Shown here: one piece after another, positions 1 to 10,214 of the stretch
Layout of the letters: the number at the start of each line of letters is the position of its first letter
Position numbering within the stretch: position 1 is the first letter of the stretch
Assembly (NCBI GenBank): GCA_017792405.1
Contig: CP051231.1
Span: forward strand, 192,626 to 256,625
Reading direction: 5' to 3'
From: Oceanicola sp.
Lineage (GTDB): Bacteria; Pseudomonadota; Alphaproteobacteria; Rhodobacterales; Rhodobacteraceae
Length of the DNA: 64,000 nucleotides
The notes under the pieces: generated by a model
What the model was told of the DNA's origin: nothing
Seen by the model: only the letters and a program-made list of their open reading frames with translations
The model's database searches: none
Translations under genes and position numbers: made by a program

Positions 1-2
1 CG

Positions 3-383
3 GTCGAGGTTGCGGCCCCGGCCTTGCCACAGGCGCTGCTGGTGGCGCTCGATGCCAAGCTGGCCACGGCCGCCGGGCTGGCAACATCGGCGCTGCTGGT
101 GCGGGCGAGCTACCGCTCAGGCGCGGAGGGCCACCTGCTGGCTTTCATCGACGCGCAAGACGGCGCCGAGCACGCGCTTGCAGGCGCGGCCAACGAGGCA
201 CTCAAGTTCTCCGGGCTGGAGAGCGGCGCGCTGGACGTGGCCTTCTTGGACAACGGCTCACCGCTGGCGCAGGCGATGGAGCGGAACGGGATGCGGTTTG
301 ATCTGCCCGAACCGGAGAAGCGGGAGCCGTGGGCGCCAGAACCACCCGGCTCGAACCCGGACAAGCCGCCGAAGCTGCGGTAG
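3..383 (+). CDS. SseB-family protein, C-terminal part (5' end lies outside the window)
   Basis: Frame is open from the window edge to TAG at 381-383. The C-terminus (GHLLAFID...ALKFSGLESGALDVAF...RFDLP...PGSNPDKPPKLR) resembles Rhodobacteraceae SseB-like proteins. Confidence 0.5.
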   Translation, partial: VEVAAPALPQALLVALDAKLATAAGLATSALLVRASYRSGAEGHLLAFIDAQDGAEHALAGAANEALKFSGLESGALDVAFLDNGSPLAQAMERNGMRFDLPEPEKREPWAPEPPGSNPDKPPKLR

Positions 384-403
384 GGGCGGGTGAGGCGCTG
401 TCT

Positions 404-1342
404 TTAGAGGCGCGTGAGCACGCACTCCGGCAACAGGCGGCTGTAGTCTTCAAAGCGGCACAGCTCGGTCCCAGCCGTCATGACCGCGGCAGAGGCTGCC
501 GCCATGCCGGCCTGAAGCGCCTCCTCGCGTGGCTTGCCTGAGGCCAGCGCAAGGGTGAACCCGCCAACAAAGCTGTCGCCAGCGCCCACCTTGCTTAGCA
601 CCGGTACATCGGCCCCCGCCGCGTGCCAGGCGCTGCCGTCCGAGGAGGCCATGACCGACCCTGCCGCGCCCATTGCGACAATCACCTGCGGAGTCACCTT
701 TGCCAGCGCGGCTGCGAAGGCACGGACCTCCGCCACGTCGGCCAGCAGGCTGCCGGAGAGGAAGCGCGCCTCGGCATGATCCATCCGCAACACATCGGCT
801 CCGCCCTCTGCCGCCAACCGTTTGAGCGGCTCGCCAGAGGTGTCGACGATGAATGTCGCATCGGTGGCGGCGACGAGATCGGCAAGCGGCTTGAGCCACT
901 CCGGGCCCATGCCGGGCGGCAGGGAGCCGGAGAGAACCACCAGAGCACCCGGTTCCACCGCCGCCTTGACGGCCTCAAGGAAGCCGACACAGTCGGCCTC
1001 AGACCACGCCGCACCGGCCAGCGAGAAACGGAACTGGTTGCCGGTTTCTTCGCAGGTGACGGCAAGGCTTTGGCGGGTGTCGCCGGGCGCCGGGACGCGC
1101 AGCACATCCAGCCCGCGCGTTACCAAACCTGCCTCCAACATGGCGCCCGTCGCCCCGCCCAGCGCAACGAGACAGCGCGATGCTCCACCCAACTGGTGCA
1201 CCGCGCGGCTCACGTTGACCCCGCCGCCGCCCGGCTCCACCACGGCAGGGCCGCAGCGAAGCTTTGCATTGGGGCGCACCTGCGCCGTGGCCGCCGAGAG
1301 ATCCAGCGCCGGGTTGGGGGTGAGGGTCAGGATGGGACGCAT
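404..1342 (-). CDS. 1-phosphofructokinase-family hexose kinase (PfkB/ribokinase family)
   Basis: N-terminal TLTPNPALD, GGGGVNVS and C-terminal VGAGDSF PfkB signatures. Confidence 0.9.
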   Translation of the reverse strand: MRPILTLTPNPALDLSAATAQVRPNAKLRCGPAVVEPGGGGVNVSRAVHQLGGASRCLVALGGATGAMLEAGLVTRGLDVLRVPAPGDTRQSLAVTCEETGNQFRFSLAGAAWSEADCVGFLEAVKAAVEPGALVVLSGSLPPGMGPEWLKPLADLVAATDATFIVDTSGEPLKRLAAEGGADVLRMDHAEARFLSGSLLADVAEVRAFAAALAKVTPQVIVAMGAAGSVMASSDGSAWHAAGADVPVLSKVGAGDSFVGGFTLALASGKPREEALQAGMAAASAAVMTAGTELCRFEDYSRLLPECVLTRL

Positions 1343-1346
1343 GGCG

Positions 1347-3005
1347 TCAGGAGGGGTCGCGCCAGCGGTTGACGACAGGGTAGCGCCGGTCGAGCCAGAA
1401 GGCGGCCTTGGTGAGGCGGGTGCCCGGCGCGGATTGGAAGCGCTTGTATTCGCTGAGATAGATCAGCCGCTCCAACTTCTTCACCACCTCGCGGTCGAAA
1501 CCCTCGGCGACCACCTCGGCCACGGCGGCCTCTTCATCGACCAGCATCTCGAGGATGCGGTCGAGATCTTCATAGGGCGGCAGGCTGTCTTCGTCCTTCT
1601 GGTCTTCGCGCAGCTCCGCGCTGGGCGGCTTGTCGATCACGCGGGGCGGGATCACCTCGCCCTCGGGGGCCAGCATCCACGGGCGGTGGTTGGCGTTGCG
1701 CCACCGGCAGGTCTCGAAAACGCGGGTTTTGTAGAGGTCTTTCAGCGGGTTGTAGCCGCCCGCCATGTCGCCGTAGATCGTGGCGTAGCCCACCGCGACC
1801 TCTGATTTGTTGCCGGTGGTCAGGAGCATCTCGCCAAACTTGTTGGAGAGCGCCATGAGGAGGAGGCCGCGCAGACGGCTCTGGATGTTCTCCTCGGTCA
1901 GCCCCGGCTCGGTGCCCTCGAACAGCGGCGCCAGCGCCTCGGTCACAGCTGCGCGTGGCCCGCTGATCGGCACGAAGTCGTAGCGGCAGCCCAGTTTCTC
2001 GGCGACGGCCTTCGCGTCTTCCAGCGAATGCTCGGATGTGTACTCCGAGGGCAGCATGACGCAGCGCACATTCTCCGGCCCGAGAGCATCGGCGGCGATG
2101 GCGGCTACCAATGCCGAATCCACCCCGCCCGAGAGGCCGAGCAGGGCTTTCTTGAAGCCGGTCTTACCGAAGTAGTCGCGCACCGACTGCACCATACAGC
2201 GGTAGTCCTGCTCCCATGCGTCAGGGATCTTCGCTTTCTCGCCTTCGAGCGCGCGCCAGCCCTCCGGGCCGCGCTCGAGATCGAGGTGCGCCAGCGCCTC
2301 GTCGAAAACGGGCATCTGCAAGGCCAGCTTGCCGCCCGGGTTCAGTACAAAAGAGCCGCCGTCGAAGACCTGGTCATCCTGCCCGCCCACCATGTTGAGG
2401 TAGATCAGCGGCAGGCCAGTTTCGACCACGCGTTGGACCATCAGATTGATCCGCACGTCCATCTTGCCGCGGTAGTAGGGCGAGCCGTTGGGGACGAGCA
2501 GAAACTCGGCACCGGTCTCGGCCAGCGTTTCGGCCACATCCTCGTGCCAAGCGTCTTCGCAGATCGGGCTGCCGACGCGGACGTTGCCCACCGCATAGGG
2601 GCCACCCAGCGGCCCGGCATCGTAAATGCGGACCTCGTCAAAGACCGTCTCGTTGGGCAGGTGGTGCTTGAGCACCCGGGTCATCACCTTGCCGCCCTTG
2701 AGGATGAAATAGGCGTTGAAGAGCTTGCCATCCTCCGGCCACGGCCCGCCAATGGCGATGGCCGGTCCGTCGGCGCAGAACTCGGCCAGTGCCTCGATAT
2801 GGGCCACGGCATCGGCGGCAAAGGCGGGGCGGTCCACCAGATCCTGCGCGTTGTAGCCGCAGATGAACATCTCGGTGAAGGCCACGAGGTCGGCCCCGGC
2901 CGCCTTGCCCGCCTCCCAGACTTCGCGGGCCTTGGCCGCGTTGCCTGCCATATCCCCCAGAACGGGGTTGAGCTGTGCCAGTGTGATCCGGAACCTGTCG
3001 GCCAT
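1347..3005 (-). CDS. nadE: Glutamine-dependent NAD+ synthetase
   Basis: Nitrilase-like N-domain (ICEDAW) plus synthetase domain (LGLSGGVDS, NIQSRLRG, TTGNKSE, YGDMAGG, PPSAEL). Start set at MADRFRITLAQLNP (3005). Confidence 0.95.
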   Translation of the reverse strand: MADRFRITLAQLNPVLGDMAGNAAKAREVWEAGKAAGADLVAFTEMFICGYNAQDLVDRPAFAADAVAHIEALAEFCADGPAIAIGGPWPEDGKLFNAYFILKGGKVMTRVLKHHLPNETVFDEVRIYDAGPLGGPYAVGNVRVGSPICEDAWHEDVAETLAETGAEFLLVPNGSPYYRGKMDVRINLMVQRVVETGLPLIYLNMVGGQDDQVFDGGSFVLNPGGKLALQMPVFDEALAHLDLERGPEGWRALEGEKAKIPDAWEQDYRCMVQSVRDYFGKTGFKKALLGLSGGVDSALVAAIAADALGPENVRCVMLPSEYTSEHSLEDAKAVAEKLGCRYDFVPISGPRAAVTEALAPLFEGTEPGLTEENIQSRLRGLLLMALSNKFGEMLLTTGNKSEVAVGYATIYGDMAGGYNPLKDLYKTRVFETCRWRNANHRPWMLAPEGEVIPPRVIDKPPSAELREDQKDEDSLPPYEDLDRILEMLVDEEAAVAEVVAEGFDREVVKKLERLIYLSEYKRFQSAPGTRLTKAAFWLDRRYPVVNRWRDPS

Positions 3006-3171
3006 GCCTGCGCCTTTCATTGATGCGCTCCGAATTAGCAGATTGACGCTGAAGTGAAAGGTGGCCGCGGCAAAAACCATTGCGACCCATGGCCTGCCGC
3101 CTTACCTTCGCGGCCCGCGGGGGCACGTACCGCGAGGGAAAGAGGCAAGGGGCAGCCAAGAGGACGAACCC

Positions 3172-4605
3172 ATGATCCGGGCAGGATATATCGCACTGGC
3201 AGCCACTCTGGCGCTGGCCACACCGCTGGCTGCGCAGGACAAGCAGATCAAGCAATACGACAACGGCGGTGTCTACGAGGGCACGTTCAAGAACGGGCTT
3301 CAGCACGGCAAGGGCACCTACACCCTGCCGAATGGCTACGAGTATGAGGGCGACTGGGTCGAGGGCGAGATTCTCGGTCAGGGCGTGGCCCGTTACCCGA
3401 ACGGCTCGGTCTATCAGGGCGCTTTCGCCAAGGGCAAACCCGAGGGCAAGGGCAAGATCACCTTTGCCGATGGTGGCACCTACGATGGCGACTGGAAAAA
3501 TGGCCAGATGACCGGGCAGGGCGTGGCCACCTATGCCGATGGCCGCCGCTATGAAGGCGCCTTTGTGGGTGGATTGCACGAGGGGCAGGGTAAGATGACC
3601 TCGCCCAACGGTTCTGTCTATGAGGGTGCCTGGCTCGCCGGGGCGAAAGAGGGCAAGGGCCGGATGAGCTACGCCGATGGCTCGGTTTACGAGGGCAACT
3701 TCGCGCGCAACCAGCGTGCCGGGCAGGGCGTGCTGACCATGACGGACGGGCTCACCTACAACGGCGCGTGGAAAGCCGGGCAGATCAACGGCCTCGGCAC
3801 GCTGACCCAGCCCAACGGCGATGTTTACACCGGCCTGCTGGTGAACGGACAACGCCATGGCAAGGGCAAGGTGACCTACTCCAACGGCGAGATCTACGAC
3901 GGCGACTTCAAGGCCGATCAGCGCGACGGTCAGGGCAGCTTCACCGGCTCCGATGGCTACAAATATGTTGGCGCGTGGAAAGAGGGCCGGATCCACGGCA
4001 AGGGCACCGTCACCTATCCGGATGGCTCCGTGTATGAAGGCGACTTTGCCAATGACATGGCCCACGGCCAAGGCACCATCACCTACCCCGATGGCTCGGT
4101 CTACACCGGCGCCTGGGTCGAAGGGGTGATCGAAGGCCAGGGCGTGGCCCGCTACAAAGGCGGCATGGTCTATGAGGGCGGCTTCAAGGACGCCAAGAAC
4201 CACGGCCAAGGCACAATGACTTCGCCCGATGGCTACAAATACGTGGGGGAGTGGAAAGCAGGGCTGCGCGATGGCCAAGGCGTTGCCAGCTACGCTGATG
4301 GCACGACCTATGAGGGCGGCTTCGTTGCGGGCCAGCGTGAGGGTCAGGGCAAGATCACCATGGCAGACGGCTTCACCTACGTGGGAGGCTGGAAGGCTGG
4401 GAAGATCGACGGCAAGGGCACTGCGACCTACGCCAACGGTGACATCTATGACGGGCTCTTTGCCGAGGGCAAACGGCAGGGGCAGGGCACCATGACCTAT
4501 GCCACCGGCGAGGTGGAAAGCGGCGAATGGAAGGAAGGTATCCTGACCAGCGCAGATGCCCCAACCTCCGACGAGCCGGTGGAGGTCGCGCCCAGCGACG
4601 GCTGA
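3172..4605 (+). CDS. Secreted MORN-repeat protein (18 complete 23-aa repeats plus one partial)
   Basis: Signal peptide (MIRAGYIALAATLALATPLAA) followed by YxGxF/WxxGxxxGxG repeats. GAGG lies upstream of ATG 3172. Confidence 0.9.
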   Translation: MIRAGYIALAATLALATPLAAQDKQIKQYDNGGVYEGTFKNGLQHGKGTYTLPNGYEYEGDWVEGEILGQGVARYPNGSVYQGAFAKGKPEGKGKITFADGGTYDGDWKNGQMTGQGVATYADGRRYEGAFVGGLHEGQGKMTSPNGSVYEGAWLAGAKEGKGRMSYADGSVYEGNFARNQRAGQGVLTMTDGLTYNGAWKAGQINGLGTLTQPNGDVYTGLLVNGQRHGKGKVTYSNGEIYDGDFKADQRDGQGSFTGSDGYKYVGAWKEGRIHGKGTVTYPDGSVYEGDFANDMAHGQGTITYPDGSVYTGAWVEGVIEGQGVARYKGGMVYEGGFKDAKNHGQGTMTSPDGYKYVGEWKAGLRDGQGVASYADGTTYEGGFVAGQREGQGKITMADGFTYVGGWKAGKIDGKGTATYANGDIYDGLFAEGKRQGQGTMTYATGEVESGEWKEGILTSADAPTSDEPVEVAPSDG

Positions 4606-4787
4606 TGTGCCAGAAGAGGTTCAGGGCCTCCGGCGGGGATACTTGAAGCAAGAAAATGCTATCGGGTGCCGCTCGTGACGGGGACAACGTGAATGAAATT
4701 GTCCCTCTCACTGGCGTTTCTACTGCAAGTGTTTCGGCGGCGTCGCCCTGCTGACCGGCCGGTCGAGAGGATATCTCTGTTAGAAGC

Positions 4788-5834
4788 TCAGCCGACGGCG
4801 AGCCTCGCGAATTGGGCGATGTCCTCTTCCCGCACGCTCCAGTCACAGACCAGACGTGCGGTGAGCATCTCGTTTGGATCATCGCCCTCCAACTCACCGG
4901 CCATGATGTAATATTCCGCACCTGTCGCTTTGAGCCGCTGGTGCGCGGCGCGGGGCAGGTCGACGAAGAGCAGGTTGCTTTCCTGCGGGGCATGGAGCCG
5001 CCCGCCCGCGGCTTCGACACCCCGCGCAAGGGCCGCCGCTGCGGCGTTGGCGGTGCGGGCGGTTTCCAGCCAGAGTTCGCGGGTCAGGTAGGCGTTCATC
5101 TGGGCAGCGAGGTAGCGGTGCTTGGAAAAGAGCTGGGCTCCGCGCTTGCGGCGATACTCCAGTTCTTCGGCCTTGGCCGGGTCAAAGAGCACCATGGCCT
5201 CCACCCCCATCAGCCCGTTCTTGGTGCCGCCAAAGCTGAGCGCATCCACGCCCGCCTTCCAACTGGCCTCGGCGGGCGAGCAGCCCAGATGGGCTACTGC
5301 GTTTGCAAAGCGAGCGCCGTCCATATGGGTGGTCAGGCCGAAGTCTTTGGCGACGCCGGTCAGAGCCTTTAGCTCGGCCAGGGTGTAGACCGCTCCCTTT
5401 TCGGTCGCCTGGGTGATCGACACCGGCCCGCGCCGTGGCCCGTGAACGCCCCGTGTGCCCTCTGCCGCGATGGCTGCGCGCAGATCGTCCGGGGCCAGGC
5501 GTCCGGCCTGATGCGGCACCAGCGTCAGCTTGGTCCCGCCGGTGAAAAGCTCGGGCGCATTGCACTCGTCTTCGTGGATATGGGCGCAGGTCGAGCAGAA
5601 GATCGTCTCGAAGGGCTCTGCCATCGTGGCGAGCAGGAGCACGTTGGCTGCCGTACCAGTGGCTGCGAGGAAGACGGCTGCCTCCGGGGCCTCGAAAGTC
5701 TCGCGCACCTGCTCCACCACGGCCTGCGACAGAGGGTCGTTGCCGTAAGGCATGGCGTAGCCGTCATTGGCAGCGACCAGCGCCTCCATCACGGCGGGGT
5801 GGATGGGGCCGGTGTTGTCGGAGGCAAAGCGCAT
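4788..5834 (-). CDS. ltaE: Low-specificity L-threonine aldolase
   Basis: FASDN start, GTAAN, HMDGARFANA, and SFGGTKNG containing the PLP lysine. Confidence 0.9.
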   Translation of the reverse strand: MRFASDNTGPIHPAVMEALVAANDGYAMPYGNDPLSQAVVEQVRETFEAPEAAVFLAATGTAANVLLLATMAEPFETIFCSTCAHIHEDECNAPELFTGGTKLTLVPHQAGRLAPDDLRAAIAAEGTRGVHGPRRGPVSITQATEKGAVYTLAELKALTGVAKDFGLTTHMDGARFANAVAHLGCSPAEASWKAGVDALSFGGTKNGLMGVEAMVLFDPAKAEELEYRRKRGAQLFSKHRYLAAQMNAYLTRELWLETARTANAAAAALARGVEAAGGRLHAPQESNLLFVDLPRAAHQRLKATGAEYYIMAGELEGDDPNEMLTARLVCDWSVREEDIAQFARLAVG

Positions 5835-6278
5835 TCAAAGGTCCTCTTCTGCGGCGATGTAATCTTCCCAGTCGTCCTCGGGCACCGAGAACTCTGGCCA
5901 TGTCGGGCCGCGCACGGCCCGCCCGGCCTTGGCGGTGCTCTCCGGGTTGCCGGTCAGGAGAGGGTGCCAGTGGGGCAGGGGTTTGCCCTCGTGCCGCAGC
6001 CGGTAGGCGCAGCTCTCAGGCATGAAATAGGCGGTCTTGTGCATCGTCTCGGGCTTCAGCACCACGCATTCAGGCACGATCTTCAGCCGGGTCTCGTAGT
6101 TCGCGCAGCGGCAGGTGCTGTCATCGAAGAGGCGGCAAGCGATGCGGGTGAAGACGACCTCGCCGGTCTCTTCATCTTCCAGCTTGTTCAGGCAGCACTT
6201 GCCGCAACCGTCGCAGAGCGCCTCCCATTCCTGCGCGGTCAGCTCGCCAAGCGGGCGCTCCCAGAAGCGAGGCCTCAT
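5835..6278 (-). CDS. YcgN-family (UPF0260) cysteine-cluster protein
   Basis: EWEALCDGCGKCC, CRC..YETR and CAYRL motifs. Start overlaps the ribF stop. Confidence 0.9.
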   Translation of the reverse strand: MRPRFWERPLGELTAQEWEALCDGCGKCCLNKLEDEETGEVVFTRIACRLFDDSTCRCANYETRLKIVPECVVLKPETMHKTAYFMPESCAYRLRHEGKPLPHWHPLLTGNPESTAKAGRAVRGPTWPEFSVPEDDWEDYIAAEEDL

Positions 6279-7210
6279 AGCGCGGCCAGTATGGTGCGGG
6301 CCTTGGCGTCGTCGCGCTTCATCTGCTCGATCAGGGCGGGCAGGCCATCGAACTTGGCCTCGGGTCGCAGAAACTCGACCAGCCCGATGGAGAGGTGGGC
6401 ATCGTAGAGGTCGCCGGAGAAGTCGAAGAGATAGGTCTCGAGGTTGGGTGCATCGCCCTCAAACATCGGGCGGATGCCGAGCGAGGCGACACCATGGTGC
6501 TGGCCTGAGTGGGGGCCGCTCAAGACCTCGACCAGCACCGCGTAGACGCCGAAGGCGGGGCGGTGGAGGCGGGGCAGACCCATGTTGGCTGTCGGGTAGC
6601 CCAGCTCGCGGCCGCGCTTGGCGCCGTGGATCACCGGCCCCTCGATCCGGTGCCAGTGGCCCAGCATCGCAGCGGCTTCGCGCGGGCGGCCCTCTGTAAG
6701 CGCTTCACGGATGGCGGTGGAACTGATCTCGCCCACGCCGGGCAGGCTCTCGATTTCGGCGATGGTCACGCCAAAGCCCAGAGATGCGCCATCGCGGGCC
6801 AGAGTTTCCACATCGCCGGAGCGGCCCTTGCCATAGCGAAAGTCGGCGCCCACGGTCACATTGGCCGCGCCGATCCCCTCAGCGAGCACCGTTCGGCAGA
6901 AGGCCTCGTCGGTCAGCGAGCGGAAGGCCTCGTCGAACGGCAGTTCGACCAGAAGGTCGACGCCGAGCTTGGCCAGCCGGTGCGCGCGGGCCTCGGCGTT
7001 CATCAGGCGGAAGGGCGGCGCAGCGGGCTGGAACACCTCGCGCGGGTGCGGCTCGAAGGTGAGCACCCCCAGTGGGGCCTCGGGGGCTGCCGCACGGGCC
7101 TGCCGCAGCACCGCCTGGTGCCCGAGGTGGACACCATCGAAGTTGCCGATCGCGAGGCTTGCGCCGCGCAGGTCTGGGCTGATCTCGGAGAGGTGGCGTG
7201 CAGTCCGCAT
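6275..7210 (-). CDS. ribF: Bifunctional riboflavin kinase/FAD synthetase
   Basis: IGNFDGVHLGH, TFEPHP, ISSTAIR, GRELGYPTAN and LETYLFDF. Start set at MRTARHL (7210). Confidence 0.95.
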   Translation of the reverse strand: MRTARHLSEISPDLRGASLAIGNFDGVHLGHQAVLRQARAAAPEAPLGVLTFEPHPREVFQPAAPPFRLMNAEARAHRLAKLGVDLLVELPFDEAFRSLTDEAFCRTVLAEGIGAANVTVGADFRYGKGRSGDVETLARDGASLGFGVTIAEIESLPGVGEISSTAIREALTEGRPREAAAMLGHWHRIEGPVIHGAKRGRELGYPTANMGLPRLHRPAFGVYAVLVEVLSGPHSGQHHGVASLGIRPMFEGDAPNLETYLFDFSGDLYDAHLSIGLVEFLRPEAKFDGLPALIEQMKRDDAKARTILAAL

Positions 7211-7267
7211 GGGCCCTGAGGTAGCGCCGGGGGCAGGGGAGCGCAAGCGGGCGCGGAGGATGGCGCG

Positions 7268-7852
7268 TCAGCCGGGTTTGTGGGGCGCGGGTGCGAGGCT
7301 CAGCAGGCCGGCGGGGTCGCAGAGTTCACGGGCGCCGGGGTAATCCTCGGGCGGGATCACGGTGAAGGGGATGCGGTAGAGCAGCTCACCTTCGACGCTG
7401 GCCTGCATCACCCAAGTGCCGGTTACGGCCTCGTATGGGAAGTCGAAGCGGTAGAGGTGGGTGGAATGGGCATCGTCGGAATAGGTCGCCCGCCAGCTCT
7501 GGCTTGCAGTGCCACGGCCGGGGAAGGGCGGGTGGAAGACCTCGAAAGTGGCGTTGGAGATGGTGACGCCATCGGCGGCCCGCGCCCGCACGCCAAAGCC
7601 CAGACCCATCAGCGCGGGCACGACCTGCCCGAGCGGGGTGAGTTCCGGCGGGATGTCGAACACATCGACGGCGCCCCGGTCGGTATCGGGCGCGTCAATC
7701 GAACCGGTGATCTCGACCGCGCAGTTCAGCCCATAGGTGACATCGGCCACGAGGGCGCTGTTGATGTATAGGTCGGCAGAGGTTTCCTGCGCAGCGGCAG
7801 GCAGTGCGGCGAGGCAGGCGGCAGAGAGCAGGAGGGCGGCGGTGCGGCTCAT
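7268..7852 (-). CDS. Secreted DUF3859-like protein (paralog 2)
   Basis: Signal peptide, FGVR, HPPF and YRFDFPYEAVTGTW. ATG 7852 overlaps the upstream paralog's stop (ATGA). Confidence 0.7.
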   Translation of the reverse strand: MSRTAALLLSAACLAALPAAAQETSADLYINSALVADVTYGLNCAVEITGSIDAPDTDRGAVDVFDIPPELTPLGQVVPALMGLGFGVRARAADGVTISNATFEVFHPPFPGRGTASQSWRATYSDDAHSTHLYRFDFPYEAVTGTWVMQASVEGELLYRIPFTVIPPEDYPGARELCDPAGLLSLAPAPHKPG

Positions 7853-8448
7853 CCTGCGGGCTCCGTAGGTGCTGTGCCCAAGCTCAGAACAGGCGCATCG
7901 GCGCAGTCCGGCGCGGGGCCTTGGTAGGCCGCAGGGGCCACCACCTCGAATGTCACGGAATAGAGCAACCTTCCCTCCGCCATCGCCTCCAGCTGCCACA
8001 GGCCGGGGACGGCCTCGTGCGGCATGTCGAAGGTGTAGATATGGGTCATGGGGGCACCCGGCGCAATGGAAGAGGCAAAGCTCTGCTCACGGGTGCCGGT
8101 GCCCGAGAAGGGTGGGTGCAGGCTGCGAACGGTCACCGCGAGCCTGCGCTGGCCCTCCTTTGCCCATACCCGGACGCCGAAGCTGGCACCGAGCGTGGCC
8201 GGAACGCTGTGGCTTTCCACGAAGCGCGGCTCGCCCTCGAAAATCTCGATCCGCCCGTTCTCGGTGCCGGGCGCCTCGCGTGAGCCGATAATGCGGAGCG
8301 GGCAGACGAGGCCGAACTCAAGTGCGGCGAGGCGGCTGCCGTCCATCTCGGCGCGGGGTTGGGCGAGGGCGGCAGGGGAGCAAAACAAATGGGCGGCAAG
8401 GGCCAGCCCGGCCCCCACCGCCCGAGATTTCATCCCGAAGACGCTCAC
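7849..8448 (-). CDS. Secreted DUF3859-like protein (paralog 1)
   Basis: Signal peptide, FGVR, HPPF and [17 protein letters not shown] start overlaps the pckA stop; an alternative ATG is at 8433. Confidence 0.7.
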   Translation of the reverse strand: MSVFGMKSRAVGAGLALAAHLFCSPAALAQPRAEMDGSRLAALEFGLVCPLRIIGSREAPGTENGRIEIFEGEPRFVESHSVPATLGASFGVRVWAKEGQRRLAVTVRSLHPPFSGTGTREQSFASSIAPGAPMTHIYTFDMPHEAVPGLWQLEAMAEGRLLYSVTFEVVAPAAYQGPAPDCADAPVLSLGTAPTEPAG

Positions 8449-10043
8449 CCGATGGCGACGGCCTTCACGTCGTCGTCGATGTAGGCGTCGTACTGGGCAA
8501 AGTTCTCGGCGAACATTTCGACCAGCTTCTTGGCCTGCGCGTCATAAGCGTCCTTGTCGGCCCAGGTCGAACGCGGGTCGAGCAGGGCGGCATCGACGCC
8601 TTGCACCGTGACCGGCACTTGGAAGCCGAAGTTCTCATCCTTGCGGAAAGTCGCCTCGTGCAGGGAGCCGTCGAGCGCGGCGGTCAGCAGGGCGCGGGTC
8701 GCCTTGATCGGCATCCGGTTGCCGGTGCCGTAGGCGCCGCCGGTCCAGCCGGTGTTGACCAGCCAGCAAGTGGCGCCGTGGGTGTCGATCTTTTCCCGCA
8801 GCAGGTTGCCGTAAACCTCAGGGCGGCGCGGCATGAATGGTGCGCCGAAGCAGGTGGAGAAAGTCGGCTCCGGCTCGGTCACGCCGCGCTCGGTGCCAGC
8901 CACTTTGGAGGTGAAGCCGGAGAGGAAGTGATACATCGCCTGCGCCGGGGTCAACCGGGCGATCGGGGGGAGCACCCCGAAGGCATCGCAGGTGAGCATG
9001 ATGATGTTCTTGGGGTGGCCGCCAAGAGCGGTTTCGGAGGCGTTGGAGATATACTCCAGCGGGTAGGCGCAGCGCATGTTGGCGGTGAGGCTGTCATCCT
9101 CGAAATCGAGTTCCTTGGTCTCGGGATCGTAGACCATGTTCTCGATGACGGTGCCGAACATCTCGGTCGTCGCGTAGATCTCCGGCTCGGCCTTGGGGCT
9201 GAGGTTGATCGTCTTGGCGTAGCAGCCGCCCTCGAAGTTGAAAGTGCCGCGATCCGACCAGCCGTGCTCATCATCGCCGATCAGCACGCGGTTGGGATCG
9301 GCCGACAGGGTCGTCTTGCCGGTGCCGGAGAGGCCGAAGAACACGGCGGCATCCACCGGGTTGCCCTCGGCGTGGTTGGCAGAGCAGTGCATCGGCATGA
9401 TGCCACGCTCGGGCAGCAGGTAGTTCAGCAGGGTGAAGACAGATTTCTTGTTTTCGCCCGCGTATTCGGTGCCGCCGATCAGGATCAGCTTCTTGTCGAG
9501 GTTCAGCGCGATCACGGTCTCGCTGCGGCAGTCGTGCCGGGCCGGATCAGCCTGGAAGCTGGGGCAGTTGATGACGGTGAACTCGGGTTCGAAGGTATCG
9601 AGCTCTTCGCGCGCCGGACGGCGCAGCATGTGGCGGATAAAGAGCGAGTGCCAAGCCAGCTCGGTGACCATGCGCACATCGAGCCGCTGGGCCGGGTCGG
9701 CACCCCCGAAGAGATCCTGCACGAAGTAGTCGCGGCCCTTCATGTGCTCGAGCATGTCGGCGTGGAGCGCATCGAAACCCGCCTCGGACATCGGGGCGTT
9801 GTTCTCCCACCAGATGGTGCTTTCGGTCGCCGCCGAACGTACCACGTGCTTGTCCTTGGGAGAGCGGCCGGTGAACTTGCCGGTGGAGCACAGAAACGCC
9901 CCGCCCTTGCCCAGCTCGCCTTCGCCACGCTTGATGGCCTCTTCGATGATGGCCGGTTCGATGAGGTTGTAATAGACGTTCCCCAGCCCTTCGATTCCTT
10001 GATCTTCCAAGCGTTTGGCGGGGTTGACGCGTCCGATGGTCAT
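8445..10043 (-). CDS. pckA: Phosphoenolpyruvate carboxykinase (ATP)
   Basis: [43 protein letters not shown] and EGGCYAK. Start set at MTIGRVNP (10043). Confidence 0.97.
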   Translation of the reverse strand: MTIGRVNPAKRLEDQGIEGLGNVYYNLIEPAIIEEAIKRGEGELGKGGAFLCSTGKFTGRSPKDKHVVRSAATESTIWWENNAPMSEAGFDALHADMLEHMKGRDYFVQDLFGGADPAQRLDVRMVTELAWHSLFIRHMLRRPAREELDTFEPEFTVINCPSFQADPARHDCRSETVIALNLDKKLILIGGTEYAGENKKSVFTLLNYLLPERGIMPMHCSANHAEGNPVDAAVFFGLSGTGKTTLSADPNRVLIGDDEHGWSDRGTFNFEGGCYAKTINLSPKAEPEIYATTEMFGTVIENMVYDPETKELDFEDDSLTANMRCAYPLEYISNASETALGGHPKNIIMLTCDAFGVLPPIARLTPAQAMYHFLSGFTSKVAGTERGVTEPEPTFSTCFGAPFMPRRPEVYGNLLREKIDTHGATCWLVNTGWTGGAYGTGNRMPIKATRALLTAALDGSLHEATFRKDENFGFQVPVTVQGVDAALLDPRSTWADKDAYDAQAKKLVEMFAENFAQYDAYIDDDVKAVAIG

Positions 10044-10182
10044 CGTTCTCTCGTGCTCCTGAGGCAAGCTCTGATCTGGGTGCCCGTCCCGGCCCCTCGC
10101 GGCCCGGAACGCCTCCCCGAGCATGGGGAAGTTCCGCCCCTATAACATGACATTTTTGCAAAGGAACCGGCGCAGGCGCGGC

Positions 10183-10214
10183 GTTAGCGCAACCACGGGC
10201 AGTTTAACGCAAAC
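10183..10214. promoter_or_regulatory. Two LacI-type operator-like sites upstream of pckA
   Basis: GTTAGCGCAACC (10183-10194) and TTTAACGCAAAC (10203-10214) are imperfect versions of the palindrome GTTAGCGCTAAC. Confidence 0.45.

Noticed and set aside
4693-4911. 72-aa ORF starting in the MORN-ltaE spacer
   Set aside because: It mostly overlaps ltaE on the opposite strand, has a weak RBS and shows no recognisable features.
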